From NCBI RefSeq assembly GCF_006345805.1, contig NW_021832983.1:1-64000 (forward strand): a stretch of 64,000 bases of DNA. Reading direction: 5' to 3'. The notes below the pieces were generated by a model. That model was not told where the DNA came from. It searched no databases and was given only the letters and a program-made list of their open reading frames with translations. The DNA is from Octopus sinensis (lineage: Eukaryota). Positions 24,090-38,198 of this stretch are shown one piece after another. Within the stretch, counting starts at the first letter, position 1. Each line of letters opens with the position of its first letter. Made by a program: the position numbers and the translations under genes.

Positions 24090-24410
24090 AAGGCGGAGAG
24101 CTGGCAGAAACGTTAGCACGCCGTCGAAATACTTAGCGGCTTTTCTTCTGCCGTTACATTCTGAGTTCAAATTCCACCGAGGTCGACTTTGCCTGTCATC
24201 CTTTCGGGGTCGATAAATAAAATACCAGTTACGCACTGGGGTTGATATAATCGACTTAATCTGTTTGTCTGTCCTTGTTTGTCCCCTCTGTGTTTAGCCC
24301 CTTGTGGGTAGTAAAGAAATAGGTATTTCGTCTGCCGCTACGTTCTGAGTTCAAATTCCGCCGAGGTCGACTTTGCCTTTCATCTTTCGGGATCGATTAA
24401 ATATTATTGG
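24090..24410 (+). mobile_element. SINE family A full copy plus partial tandem unit
   Basis: aaggcggagagctggcagaaacgttagcacgcc..gagttcaaattcc..gggtagtaaagaaataggtatttcgtctgccgctacgttctgag. Confidence 0.9.
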
Positions 24411-24483
24411 AAGAGGTTGTGGTGTCAATAGTAATACTAATAATAATAGCGGTGTGACGGCGGCGGCAGCGGTGGTAGTAGTG

Positions 24484-24541
<58 letters not shown>

Positions 24542-24959
24542 TTACTATCACCATCACCACCACCACTACAAGTAGTTGCAGCAACGGCAGTGGTGGTAGT
24601 TAGTAGTAGTAGTAGCAGTCATAAACGTGGTGGTCGTAGTTGCTGTTGTTTAGGCTCAGAAATGCAGCAGATCTACAAAAGCCGTAGAAACCACGACCAT
24701 CACCCCACCTTGTCTTTCAGTTCATAATAATTTATCACGGATACCGGCCATGGCTTTAAAATGCATCCAATCGTGGGGCTCTGGCCCCGGACTTCATGTG
24801 TTTCGAGGAGTGTGTCTATTCTGACCCATAGTAGTAGCATTTCTCAGGGTCCCACCTAAGTGTAAATTTATATTTTAGGACATGCCTGCGTATGCATGCG
24901 GAGACTGGATCCAGCGTACTCTGCAGAAGAGACCGTCACGGTTCAACAAATAAGATGAC

Positions 24960-25480
24960 AACTGCTGCAAAGCATTGTGATGAGCAGTGAGCAATATGAG
25001 GCAAGGAAGACATCGTGGTCATCCACTGCATCTATCTCCATCCCCAATCGTCTTGACCTGGTCTTACCACGGTTTTGCCACTCGTCCGTGAATACGATGG
25101 ACGAATAGATGAGGTTCATGGTGCGCAACTCTTCTTCACTTTAAACAAACTGACTGTACAAGTCATTGGTCATCCTTGATGATGATTAGATGGCTAGTGA
25201 GTTTATCAAGGATAGCATAGTATGATAACTATGTTACTTAGCTTTCTGAAAGGCTACAGTTTGATTTGAGGGTGATGTAGCTATCCTTTCTAATAGGTCC
25301 TTTGTGTAAGGCAGTCATCGGTAAAATGTGGCCTTGGAGACTTCGTGAATGACACACCTAGCAAAAATTACCTTGAGTGCAGTCCACCTGACGATGTGCC
25401 ATGTCTCTCTCTCGGCCCGCTTCTCGAACAAGGTTCCCCATGCCATTAGAATTTCTCTGGTAGCAGTCATCGTACTATGG
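24960..25480 (-). mobile_element. Possible heavily decayed RTE-like LINE 3' end
   Basis: tccatcgtattcacggacgagtggca resembles the RTE tail at 38455-38490; weak W..LA.DR..W-like peptide. Confidence 0.25.
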
Positions 25481-25844
25481 AATGGTAAGATTGTATGGTA
25501 ATGGGATGGTGTGTTGGTTGTGCAGAGTGGGCTAATGGCAGCAGTATGGGAACGTTTGATGGTGGAATAATGGAATAATGAAATGATAGAATGTTCGGTT
25601 AACGTCACAGTGGTGGTGATGGTGGTGGTGGGGATGTGATGATGGTGGTGGAGCGGTAATGATGATGGTGATGATGATGGTGATGATGATTGCGCTAATG
25701 ATAGTGGCGATGTGATGCGCATGTGGCAATGTGATAATTTGCTGGTGTGTTGGTGTGGCAGTAATAAAGTATGATAGCACAATGCTACGATGATATCATA
25801 TCAACACATAATTAAAAAAAAAAAAATAATAATAATAATAATAG

Positions 25845-26406
25845 TAAATGCCCTGATGCAGTACCAGGCAGTGGCTCATATGGCTGCTGATCTTAACTGA
25901 TTGGAAGTGTTATCATGTACATTGTTTTCTCTTGGTATAAAAGATGGGCTACAGCAAATATTCTGCTCAATACCACAGATTTGCTTGTCAGTTGTTTGAC
26001 CTTAACCAGTTGAGCATGTCCCTTAGTGGCTGACGATATGTGCATCTCTGATCATGAGCAGAAGTTGTGGGGGAGCATCCTAGCCATGTGTTGAGAGGAA
26101 TTTTTTTGGGGGGGGTGAATAATTCACCTTTGGAAACATGGGTGGTTCGTTCAACATCCTTAAATAACCCTTATTCAGGGACCTTTTGAATGGCATGGGC
26201 TACTCGACCAGAATAAAATTCCTGCTGGACCCCACCTGCAAGGTCATGCGCTGTTTATCTTGATATGAGATGACTATGTTGCGCACATATGGTTGTGATG
26301 CATGTGCCTAGTGTACCCTTATCAGACGGGTAGTCATGATGGGTATACTGGGTTTCGTATATTTTACCCCAGTGTCACTTTGATGGCATGCACTGCTCTC
26401 TCACTC

Positions 26407-26410
<4 letters not shown>
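25845..26410 (+). mobile_element. Non-coding retroelement 3' segment embedded in (TAA)n (probably Dong/R4-type 3' UTR)
   Basis: Unique 565-bp block flanked by (AAT)n on both sides, ending ..gcatgcactgctctctcactc(aat)n; family assignment is inference from target preference. Confidence 0.55.
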
Positions 26411-26469
<59 letters not shown>

Positions 26470-27221
26470 TTTAAATGATTGACTTAATTCTTCACGAAGG
26501 TAAATAGATAACGTGAAGAGCGTGATGAGATTGCAATAGATATTTTATCGGTTGAGCGATATTTCGACAGCTAGCCTGTCTGTGTTGTGTTCAAAATGAA
26601 AAGTGGTTCATAAGAAATTCAAAATATTAAAAAACAGCAGAAAGACCGCCCTCCGGGATTTTTTCTGCTAGCCACTTGATAATATTTTCAGATTTGATTC
26701 CCAATTCTAATTACTTTTATGATATGCTATGTCTAATTATTTCTTTGTACAATAGTGTACACTTGTTTAGTAAATATTATTTTCCTTATTTTATCACGGT
26801 CATAATCTCTCTTTTTTTAAACAAACATCAATTTAAACCAACTACGTTTAGTTTTTAAAATATAGCAGCGATTACATAAATATATATTTAATACCTCTAA
26901 CGTTTCAAATAGCCATAGCAACAAATTTCCTAGATAATTCTTAGATAACAACGAAAAGAAATAAGTCACATGAGTTGGAAGCTTCAGTAGGTTGCCTAAT
27001 ATAAACAGTAAACTGAAGGCGTTTACACAGTAAATCTAAGTCAACAAAATATCTAATTTCCTCATCTGAAATGACGAAATAAAACTTGAAATGAAAAAAT
27101 TGTAAGGAATATATATAATAAGTAAATTATTATTGATGAAAACAATTAGAGTGAGTGAGAGACTGTGTTGCAAATGAAAACGAAAAATTTCGCCGGAACA
27201 TATTATTGTTTATCAAATGTT

Positions 27222-27390
27222 AGGAGTAGCTGTGTGGTAAGTAGCTTGCTGACCAACCACTTGGTCCCGGGTTCAGTCCCACTGTGTGACACTTTGGGCA
27301 AGTGTCTTTTACTATAGCCTCGGGCCGACCAAAGCCTTGTGAGTAGATTTGGTAGACGGAAACTGGAAGAAGCCCGTCGTTTCTGTATAC

Positions 27391-27429
<39 letters not shown>

Positions 27430-27680
27430 TGCATGTGTATTTGTGTGTGTATGTGTGTGAGTGTTTGTGTGCTTGTTTTTCTCCCCAGTATCGCTTGACA
27501 ATCGATGCCGATGTGTTTACGTCTCCATAACTTAGCGGTTCGGCAAAAGAGGCTGATGGAATAAGTACTAGGCTGACAAAGAATAAGCTCTGGGGTCGAT
27601 TTGCTCGACTATAAAGGCGGTGCTCCAGCATAGCCGCAGTCACATGACTGAAACAAGTAAAAGAGTAAAGAGTAAAAGAG
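27222..27680 (+). mobile_element. SINE family B, full length
   Basis: Head aggagtagctgtgtggtaag, CORE-like tttgggcaagtgtc, tail ggcggtgctccagcatagccgcagtcacatgactgaaac(aagtaaaagag)n. Confidence 0.9.
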
Positions 27681-28039
27681 TATCTACTCTGCAGTGAACG
27701 TAAAGCTTAGCAACGAATATTTAAATTTGTGATATTAAATAATAACAAACGTTTTGAAACTGCCTTTTTATCGATATATATTAAGAGGAATTTATAAAAA
27801 TTTTCCAGAAAGTCAAACCTATAAAAGCTCGTAAAAAACTTTCTTGTACCGAATATTTAAATTTGTGAACTTGAAATATTCAATAATAAAAGGAAGTTTA
27901 AAAAGTAAAATTACCGGAAAACTTCCATTTATAAAAAAATTTCACTTGCTTAGTAAATATTTCTTTCAATATTTTATTGTGTGGTTGTAATATATCTCTA
28001 ATTTAAACAAACTTCAAGGTAACGCAACTACGTTTGGCG

Positions 28040-28430
28040 TGCAAGAAATAGCAGTGATTACATATTGCAAGAAATAGCAGTGACTTCAAATTTGCCATCA
28101 AGATGTAGGACAAGATACTGTGATAGCCTGGCCTTCCGAGGCCCACAGCTCTTCAATATCCTCCCGAAGAACCTAAGAGACCTGCATGGGGTGGATGCAG
28201 ATGTCTTTAAAATGAAACTGGATCGCTTCTTGTCAGGTGTCGCAGATAAACCAACTTCACGGCAGGAGGTGCAGAGGAGGGCAGCTGCATCGAACTCTCT
28301 CATGCACCAGATAGCATTTGCTAAAAAGCATTCGTGAAGTAAAATCATGTAGCAACACCAAATGGCGGTGCCCCAGCATGGCCACAGCTTGTGAGCTGAA
28401 ACTAAATAAAATAAAAAATATAAAAAAATA
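28040..28430 (+). mobile_element. CR1/L2-group LINE 3' end with terminal stem-loop
   Basis: RYCDSLAFRGPQLFNILPKNLRDLHGVDADVFKMKLDRFLSGVADKPTSRQEVQRRAAASNSL; tail ggcggtgccccagcatggccacagcttgtgagctgaaac + A-rich repeat. Confidence 0.9.
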
Positions 28431-28689
28431 ATAATAAAAAATAAATAAAAAAAGTTATTATTGTATGGCTAATAGCGTTCCAAACAGCTATACCAACAAA
28501 ATCCTTTCTTTATTAAAAGAAATATATACCGGTATATAAAATAAATTTTCATTTTTCAAAAATATTCATTTAACAAACTCCGGAAACTGATATTATTCTT
28601 GAAATTGTGCCTCGTATCATAAGCCTCAGAGTTATACAGCTAAATATGTGGTCTAACAACATTCATTCAATAAATGTTTTTTCACATTC

Positions 28690-30400
28690 CGTATATAGAA
28701 TAAACTGGGTTTTGCAAATAGTGATTTAAAACTTGAAATGAAACATTGAAATTAATATATATTAAATTATCATTAATGGAAATAGAGGTGAGAGAGTGTT
28801 GCGTCATGAAGACATTAGCGAAATTATGTGTCATAGAGGTACCCTTCGCTTTCTGGTAAAATGTTTGTCCAAATTTCATTGTGTTACTTTGTAACACAAA
28901 CCTCAATAGCCCACAGAGAAAATTAGAGGGAATATTTTTGTTTGACCATTTTTCGAAAGCCTTTATTACCAAAAAAAACAAACAGTTTTCGACATGGCCT
29001 CGGTGCTTAAAAAAGTTGTTGATTTTAGACACAAAATCAAAAGTATCCCGAATATAGGAACTTGATTTTTTTTGCGACAGGGAATAGAAAGCCAGCCAGC
29101 CACTCCGAAAATTTGGCTATACAACATTCATATGCGCTGTAAATTGGGTGCATTGGTGGGAATCTTTTGGACATTTTGTGTATTTTGGGGAGATCACAAA
29201 ATGCAGGTGTTCTTTCTGACCGTAAAATCCTGGATTCGATCTTATTAATGAAATTATTTTCTTCCATTTCCAGAATTATTTCATCAGGTTCCTCTCTGTA
29301 ATTCATGTTTTTATCGATAGGTAATTCTTCGTATGAAGTTTTGTCACTGAAAACTTCTTCACAAGCAGAAATATACTCACTTTTGCCCATAACGACAACA
29401 GCGTCTCCCTTATCCGCCATTTTAATAACAATAGAATCATTAATAACAAGACGGTGGAGTGCGCAATGTTGGAAAACTGAGGTTATGCCAGGAATTCTTT
29501 CCGCATGCTTTAAGGCTTTCCCTAATGCCTATCTCACTAGATTCAAGAAATTCCAGTGGTGCCGGTGAACGTCCATCTCAAACTTTACCTGGATTCCCAT
29601 TGGGTTTCTTTTAAATCTGCCAGATTCGATTATCATCATTTTTATTTTCAGTAAGCATAGAATTTTCTTTCTCGTCATTATGATTTTTCCAAAAAAATAT
29701 TCTTTCGGCGGACAAACTGAGATAGCCTTTGAACTAGTTTATTCTTGTCGAAATTCTTAGTGCTTGGGCAGTAACTCAGTCATTAACTCAGGCAGAGACA
29801 TCGTCTGGTGAAAGTTTTCGTATAGACAAATTTATGACCGACCTATTCTCTAGTGTGAAGTATATTCTTGGGCAAGTGTTTTTTAGTGTTTTACTCTCAT
29901 TAGATTCCTGACTACCTATTGGGCTTTGCTCGAAATATTCACTTAAAACATGGAACCTACTGGGTTATAAAAATTGTTCTGAATGTTCATGTAATTTTTA
30001 GTCGTCTTTCTAGGAGTAATCCAGGAGTAATCCATTTCTGGGTGGGTGATGGAAAGTGAGTGACATCTGCGGTTTTTGTAGACATTTGAAAAACATTTAC
30101 TTTCGGGAAAGGAACAAATTTATTGTTTTCGGGGCAAAATCTTAAATGTGCTCACATTTTTGACTGATCAAATAAAAACTTCTTCGGAACGTTTCGAATG
30201 ATCAGTTCAAATGCGTACGCCAGGGCAAAAAGGCCACAATCAGATGCTCCATCATGGGGATTAGTAATATGAACTTGCTGAACTGTAGGGATTATATTTG
30301 TTTACGGTGAGTGCAGCGTTGTTGTTTGTGCAGTAAGTTCTTGTGGTACTGTTAAGTTCAGACTGTCATAAACATAAAAATCTTCGAAAAAATTGGTCGA
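28690..30400 (-). mobile_element. Decayed Penelope-like element 5' half: Ulp1/C48 peptidase-like domain + linker + RT N-terminal half
   Basis: YVYDSL (30359-30376), TVQQV..DGASDCGLFALAYAFEL (DCG 30233-30241), FDQSKM*AHL, PFP; then VINLSIRKLS..SYCPS..F.RR, IVIKMADKGDAVVVM, LPKIHK..PPMHPI, FGQTFYQ..KGTSM..NFANVFM. Confidence 0.8.
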
Positions 30401-30414
30401 CGAAACAAAATAAT

Positions 30415-30612
30415 AATAATAATAGTTTCAAAATTTTGTCACAAGAACAACAATTTGGGGGGAGCGGATGAGGCGATTACATCGACCCCAGTGTTCGACT
30501 GGTACTTATTTTATCAAACTCAAAAGGATGAAAGGCAAAGCTGACTTCGGCGAAATTTGAACTCAGAACATAGCGACGAGTGAAATACCGACAAGCGTTT
30601 CGTTCAGCCTGC
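30415..30612 (-). mobile_element. SINE family A copy
   Basis: acatcgaccccagtg..aaaggatgaaaggcaaag..aatttgaactcagaac. Confidence 0.85.
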
Positions 30613-30617
30613 GGAAA

Positions 30618-33030
<2,413 letters not shown>

Positions 33031-33899
33031 TGGTCATAAGTCCTCACACTGATGTGAATGCGCAATGAGCTAGACACAAAGTGTCACAAAAATAGCAAGA
33101 ATCAATCAGCTGGACACCCTCCTTCATCCTCCTCCTCCTCCCCATCCCCCTCCTCCTCCTCCTTCTCCCCATCCCCCTCCTCCTCCTCCTCCTCCCCTAG
33201 AATTCTGCTAGACAATATCGATACACTTCAGACTAACACTCGCCACAATCTACCACTTCGTACCAACGCAAATACCGCATCAGCCAATGAAGGAGTCTTT
33301 ATGTGGACGCTTGACACGCTAGATATAGTAGCCAAAGCTTTCTCAGATCACACCCTGCCGTTTTAGAGTAGGATAATATTTTATTTTTCTAAGTTAGGGC
33401 TCAGGACTCCTTCTAGGAAAGCGAGAGAAAGGAATCCTTAAACCAGAAACTTGACCAAAATGCTTCATTTATAGTGGATTCCTTTGAAGCATTCAAGATA
33501 TTGAGTGGTGGTGGTGTTAAAGCAAGCGAGGGAGTCAGCTCCCCCACTCAATCTTGTCGGCCATAATGGAGTTTGAGTTCAGAAGCTATGCTGAATAATA
33601 CGGTCCTGGGATCGTGACACCTAGGGAAAAATTATTGCTTGTCACAGATGGAATGCTTGATGACAGATGATCTTGGGTTAAACCAGACCCATCGTAACAG
33701 CTTTTTAGGCCCCGGGTAAATCAATGTACAGGGCCTTATAGTATTTTTTCATTGACACCTGTCTATAACAGACATGGTTCAGAATTGGGCCATTTGACTA
33801 GTGAAAGCCCTCAGACTAGTGAGGCCCTTTAGACCAGTGATGGCCTTTGGGTAATTTCCCAGTGTTTCGATATCTTCAGACGGTACGGGGTTAGACAAC

Positions 33900-34405
33900 A
33901 AGTATAATAATAATGGAAGTCTGTCGGGGTTCGACAATGACATCAGTGACGCCGGAGGTGGGAGCGGAACCCAAAGGTGGACGCGCAGACGCAGTCACAT
34001 GTTGGGCACGTAACAGCAGAAGTAGGGTTGGGGATCCTGTCTTTTCGGGCTTGTCGCTTCTTGTCCAGGCTCTTAAGGCGCTTTTCCTCGAACAGCCTAA
34101 CACCCTTTTGGACAGCTGGATGCCAGGCGCCGCAGTCAGAGGCAAGCGATTCCCAACCAGGTGCTGAAATGCCGCAGGCCTCAAGGGAAGTTTTCAGTCT
34201 GTGTTTGTATCGCCTCTGTGGCCGTCCAGGGTTTCTTGCTCCAAAAGCTATCTCAGAGAAGAAGATCATCTTTGGTAGACGCACGTCGTCCATTCGGACT
34301 ACATGTACGACCCACCTCAGCTGGGCCTTCATGATGAGGGCTTCGATCCCGGGCATTTCGGCTCTGCGAAGAACCTCAGCGTTGGAGACTCTGTCCTCCC
34401 AGGAC
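33900..34405 (-). mobile_element. RTE-clade LINE 3' fragment with C-terminal CCHH zinc finger
   Basis: SWEDRVSNAEVLRRA..QLRWVVHVVRMDDVRLPKMIFF..GRPQRRYK..CPTCDCVCASTFGFRSHLRRH*, short UTR, (TAA) tail. Confidence 0.9.
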
Positions 34406-34896
34406 AACAAGTAATAATAGCACAAATCTCATAAACCAGTAAAGTCCTGAAGCGGACATTTAATCAACAAGAAACAACTGTCAGACATTCATAAACATAA
34501 TCATAACGCTTTGAGGTTTGTTTTTCCTTTCAATCTTTATGATTCTGTGTCGGTCTGGAGATCAAACGAATGATGACTGCTGCATTTCACATGGAAAATA
34601 TGGAATTATTGGTGCGCTTCACAAAGGAGTTTTAAAACTAAAACCGTTTTAGAGTTTAAAATTATGAGAAATATAGAAATCTATCGATTACCATTTTTTA
34701 ATTAATCATTTTTGTGTATAACAAAATAATGAATCGCAGTTTTTTTTTCCAAGACACTCAAAAGTTTTGTGCGGCATTTCTAAAGACTTAAACTCATATA
34801 TATATATAAATCAGTGGTGTACTTATTTACCCCTTGTGGCGTAAGGGACAGTCACCACTTTAGAGGTTTAAAAATAGATAATATAAAAGGAAATAT

Positions 34897-35140
34897 GGAG
34901 ACGCAATGGTCCAGTGGTTAGGGCAGCGGACTTGTGGTCGGAGGTTTGCGGTTTCGATTCCCAGACCGGACCTTGTGTGTGTTTATTGAGCGAAAACACC
35001 TAAAAGCTCCACGAGGCTCCGGCAGCGGGGGGCGATGAACTGGCGTCCCCTCCATCTGAAGGGAACACATACGCCATAGAAACCGGGAAACCGGGCCCAT
35101 GAGCCTCGCTAGGCTTGAAAAGGGCGCATAAATAAAAAAC
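34897..35140 (+). mobile_element. SINE family C, tail type 2
   Basis: Same head/body as 8979 copy to gaggctccggcag, then ..gaaaccgggaaaccgggcccatgagcc..aaaagggcgcat. Confidence 0.85.
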
Positions 35141-35339
35141 AAAAGAAAATAGCATTCTGTATGTCATATTTAAAGTAGATATATTGATGAAAGCCTGGAA
35201 GCAGCGGTATTTATCTCGAGAAAGCATCTCGTAGGTGCATAGTGTTAAAAAAAGAAACACGTGTAATGTAAAGAATGCTATTTTGAACTGATGTTGCTGC
35301 AACGTTAATATATCAAATTTTAACAAAGCCAGCTGGATA

Positions 35340-35545
35340 TTCTTTTCTACTCTAGGCACAAGGCCCGAAATTTTGGGGGAAGGGGCCTGTCGATTAGATC
35401 GACCCCAGGTCGAAACTGGTACTTAATTTATCGACCCCGAAAGGATGAAAGGCAAAGTCGACCTCGGCGGAATTTGAACTCAGAACGTAAAGACGGAGGA
35501 AATACCACCAAGCTCGGCGTGCTAACGATTCTGCCAGCTCACTGC
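35340..35545 (-). mobile_element. SINE family A copy (ctaggcacaaggcccgaaatttt tail)
   Basis: Reverse complement of family A. Confidence 0.85.
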
Positions 35546-35589
35546 CTTCCAAGCCAGCCGGATATTAGCGACACAAGTGACTTGCTAAC

Positions 35590-36042
35590 CACTGTCGTAT
35601 TTGTGTGGTACGAAGCTTGCTTTCCAACCACATGGCTCCGAGTTCAGGCTCACTGCGTAGCACCTTGGACAAGTGCCTTGTATTATAACCTCGAGCCGAC
35701 CAAGCTGAAAGACCGTCTTATATATGTATCTATATATATATATATATGTGTGTGTGTATTATGTATGTATGTATATATATGTATATATATCTGTGTGTCT
35801 CCGTATCCATGTTTGTGTCTTTCTGTCAGTGTTTGTCTAACCACCACCACTTGACAACTCTGTTGTTGGTGTGTTTAGGTTCCCGTAACGTAGCGGTTCG
35901 GCAACAGACACCGTCAAAATGAGTATCGGACTTAAAAAATAAGTACCGGCGGGATCGATACACTCGGCAAAAAACTTCTTCAAGGCAGTGCCCCAGCATG
36001 GCCGCAGTCTATTGACTGACACAAGTAAAAGATAAAAGATAC
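35590..36042 (+). mobile_element. SINE family B variant
   Basis: caccttggacaagtg core; tail ggcagtgccccagcatggccgcagtctattgactgacac(aagtaaaagat). Confidence 0.8.
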
Positions 36043-36174
36043 AGATCTGTATTGGCTGAGTTGTCTTGGGCTGCAGTACGTGCGGCTGCTTGCTACTGAT
36101 GATGCTCAAACAAGCAGAAATACATATTCAGCAACCCCAACCATTGTTGCTAGACATTTTTCAACTGTATTTTT

Positions 36175-36392
36175 TTCTATTTGTTTCAGTCCATTGACTG
36201 CGGCCACGCTGGAGCATCACCTTTAGTCGACGAATCGACCCCAGAACTTATTCTTTGTAAGCCTAGTACTTATTCTATCGGTCTCTTTGGCCGAACCGCT
36301 ATGTTACAGGGACGTAAATACACCAGCATTGGTTGTGAAGCGATGGTGGGTGGACAAACAGAGACAGACACAGACACAGGCACACAGACACA

Positions 36393-36435
<43 letters not shown>

Positions 36436-36461
36436 TATATATTATATATCTATATTATATA

Positions 36462-36502
<41 letters not shown>

Positions 36503-36820
36503 TTAATTTATTATATAGAAGGAGCTTCTACAGGACTAGTACTGTTTCATTCAAGAGAATCTTCTCTTGAATGAAACAGTACTAGTCCTGTAGAAGCTCC
36601 TTCTATATAATAATTAATTTTACTCTGCTATGTATTGAGTACCTTACTTACTGTGGTTAACCCCGATCAACCCGGGACCTACATATATATATATATATAT
36701 ATATATACGCGTGTTTCAGTTTCATTCTACCAAATCCACTCACGCGGCTTTGGTCGACCCGAGGCTATAATGCCACGCAGTGGGACAGAACCTAGAACCG
36801 TGTGGTTAAGGAAGCTACTA
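36175..36820 (-). mobile_element. SINE family B interrupted in its internal microsatellite by a palindrome
   Basis: Tail half 36175-36400, head half 36710-36820. Confidence 0.8.
36508..36613. repeat. Perfect 106-bp palindrome (52-bp arms, 2-nt loop)
   Basis: ttattatatagaaggagc..tcaagagaa-tc-ttctcttga..ctatataataa; a single non-inverted homolog lies at 42003-42066. Confidence 0.95.
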
Positions 36821-37329
36821 TATTTGTGCTTTGTTGTTGTTGTTGTTGTTGTTGTTGCTGTTGTTTTGTTTTGATAATCCTAAGCATCTATACGAGATGT
36901 TTTTTATTCGAAATGAATACCGCTGTTTCCCAGGCTTTCAAAAGTATGTTAGCGTTAAGTGTGATATATATATAGTATGGTACAGTGAAAGGTTCGTTGA
37001 ACTGATAATACTTCTGGCGCTAATAACGAATAAATGAAAAACGTAATTCTGAATATATGATATGCTATGACTTTTATGTCATTGGATTAATGTAAGTCTC
37101 TCATATAGAATGTTTTTCTCAACACATCTGAATAGTGTGAGGCAACGACAGAAGCCGTAAATACACTAAAGTGACTCTAAAACCCATTTAAAGGTAACCA
37201 ATTTACAAACTAGTTACATAAATGCATTCAAAAAACATTCTTTATAACCCCACAAATATTTACACACCTTAAACAAAGGGCAGTTACTGATCTAGCCTAT
37301 TCAGAATAGATTATATAACGCATATATTT

Positions 37330-37690
37330 AAGGCGGTGAGCTGGCAGAAACGTTAGCACGCCGGGCGAAATGCTTAGCGGTATTTCGTCTACCACTACGT
37401 TATGAGTTCAAATTCCGCCGAGGTCGACTTTGCCTTTCATCCTTTCGGGGTCGATTAAATAAGTGCCAGTTACGCACTGCGGTCGATTAAATAAGTACCA
37501 GTTATGTACTGCGGTCGATTAAATAAGTACCAGTTATGTACTGCGGTCGATTAAATAAGTACCAGTTATGTACTGCGGTCGATTAAATAAGTACCAGTTA
37601 TGCACTGCGGTCGATATAATCAACTTAATCCGTTTGTTTGTCCTTGTTTGTCCTCTCAGTGTTTAGCCCCTTGTGGGTAGTAAAGAAATA
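37330..37690 (+). mobile_element. SINE family A with an internal 32-bp unit expanded to 5 copies
   Basis: ggtcgat starts at 37449, 37481, 37513, 37545, 37577, 37609. Confidence 0.9.
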
Positions 37691-37714
37691 AGATTATATA
37701 ACGCATAAAGAGCA

Positions 37715-37997
37715 AAGGTTCCCATTCTCACTTCAGGGAAAAGACCACGGGGGTTGCCTTCTTCGAAGATACAAGTACCAACTAGAAGCATCACTGAAAG
37801 CCACGGGACTTGAACCTAAATTGTTTGAAACACAAACCCGGGTCTATAACATCTGGCAGTATTCCATCACCATCGGAGCCAAAGACTCCGAAGCTACCAG
37901 AGAAAAGTAAGAAATCAAACGACATTTGAGAAAGGCACGACAAAATCAAACTCCTCCTCCATGAACATTATCATGCGGTCAATGCCACCGATTCTAT
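37715..37997 (+). mobile_element. Decayed RTE-clade LINE 3' fragment
   Basis: ..RRYKYQLEASLKATG....W..SITIGAK..E...K..EIKRHLRKARQ..LSCGQCHR. Confidence 0.6.
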
Positions 37998-38155
37998 ATG
38001 TGTGTGTGTGTGTGTGTGTAGTCGTCACCAAAGTGACTTAGGTTGCTGGTCAGTACCAGCATTGCTAGAAATAAGAGTCAAAACATCTTTTAGTCACGTG
38101 AGAGCACTTTTCTAACAAAAGAAACAAGATCCCCACGACAAGCGAGATTGAGTAA

Positions 38156-38198
38156 TATCAACGCTGATTTCAGATTTGATTAATCTTCATCAGTGACA
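38156..38198 (-). ncRNA. Near-canonical hammerhead motif (one lesion at the cleavage site)
   Basis: TGTCA-CTGATGA-AGATT-aatca-AATCT-GAAAT-cagc-GT-TGATA; stems I and II pair, but the NUH triplet is one base short. Confidence 0.55.

Noticed and set aside
30186-30208. CTGATCA-TTC-GAAACGTT hammerhead-like words on minus
   Set aside because: Lies inside the Ulp1 coding frame (ELIIRNV) and has no stem II; coincidence.
37449-37615. CRISPR-like 32-bp periodic array
   Set aside because: Units are contiguous with no unique spacers, derive from SINE A, and there are no cas genes in this eukaryotic context.
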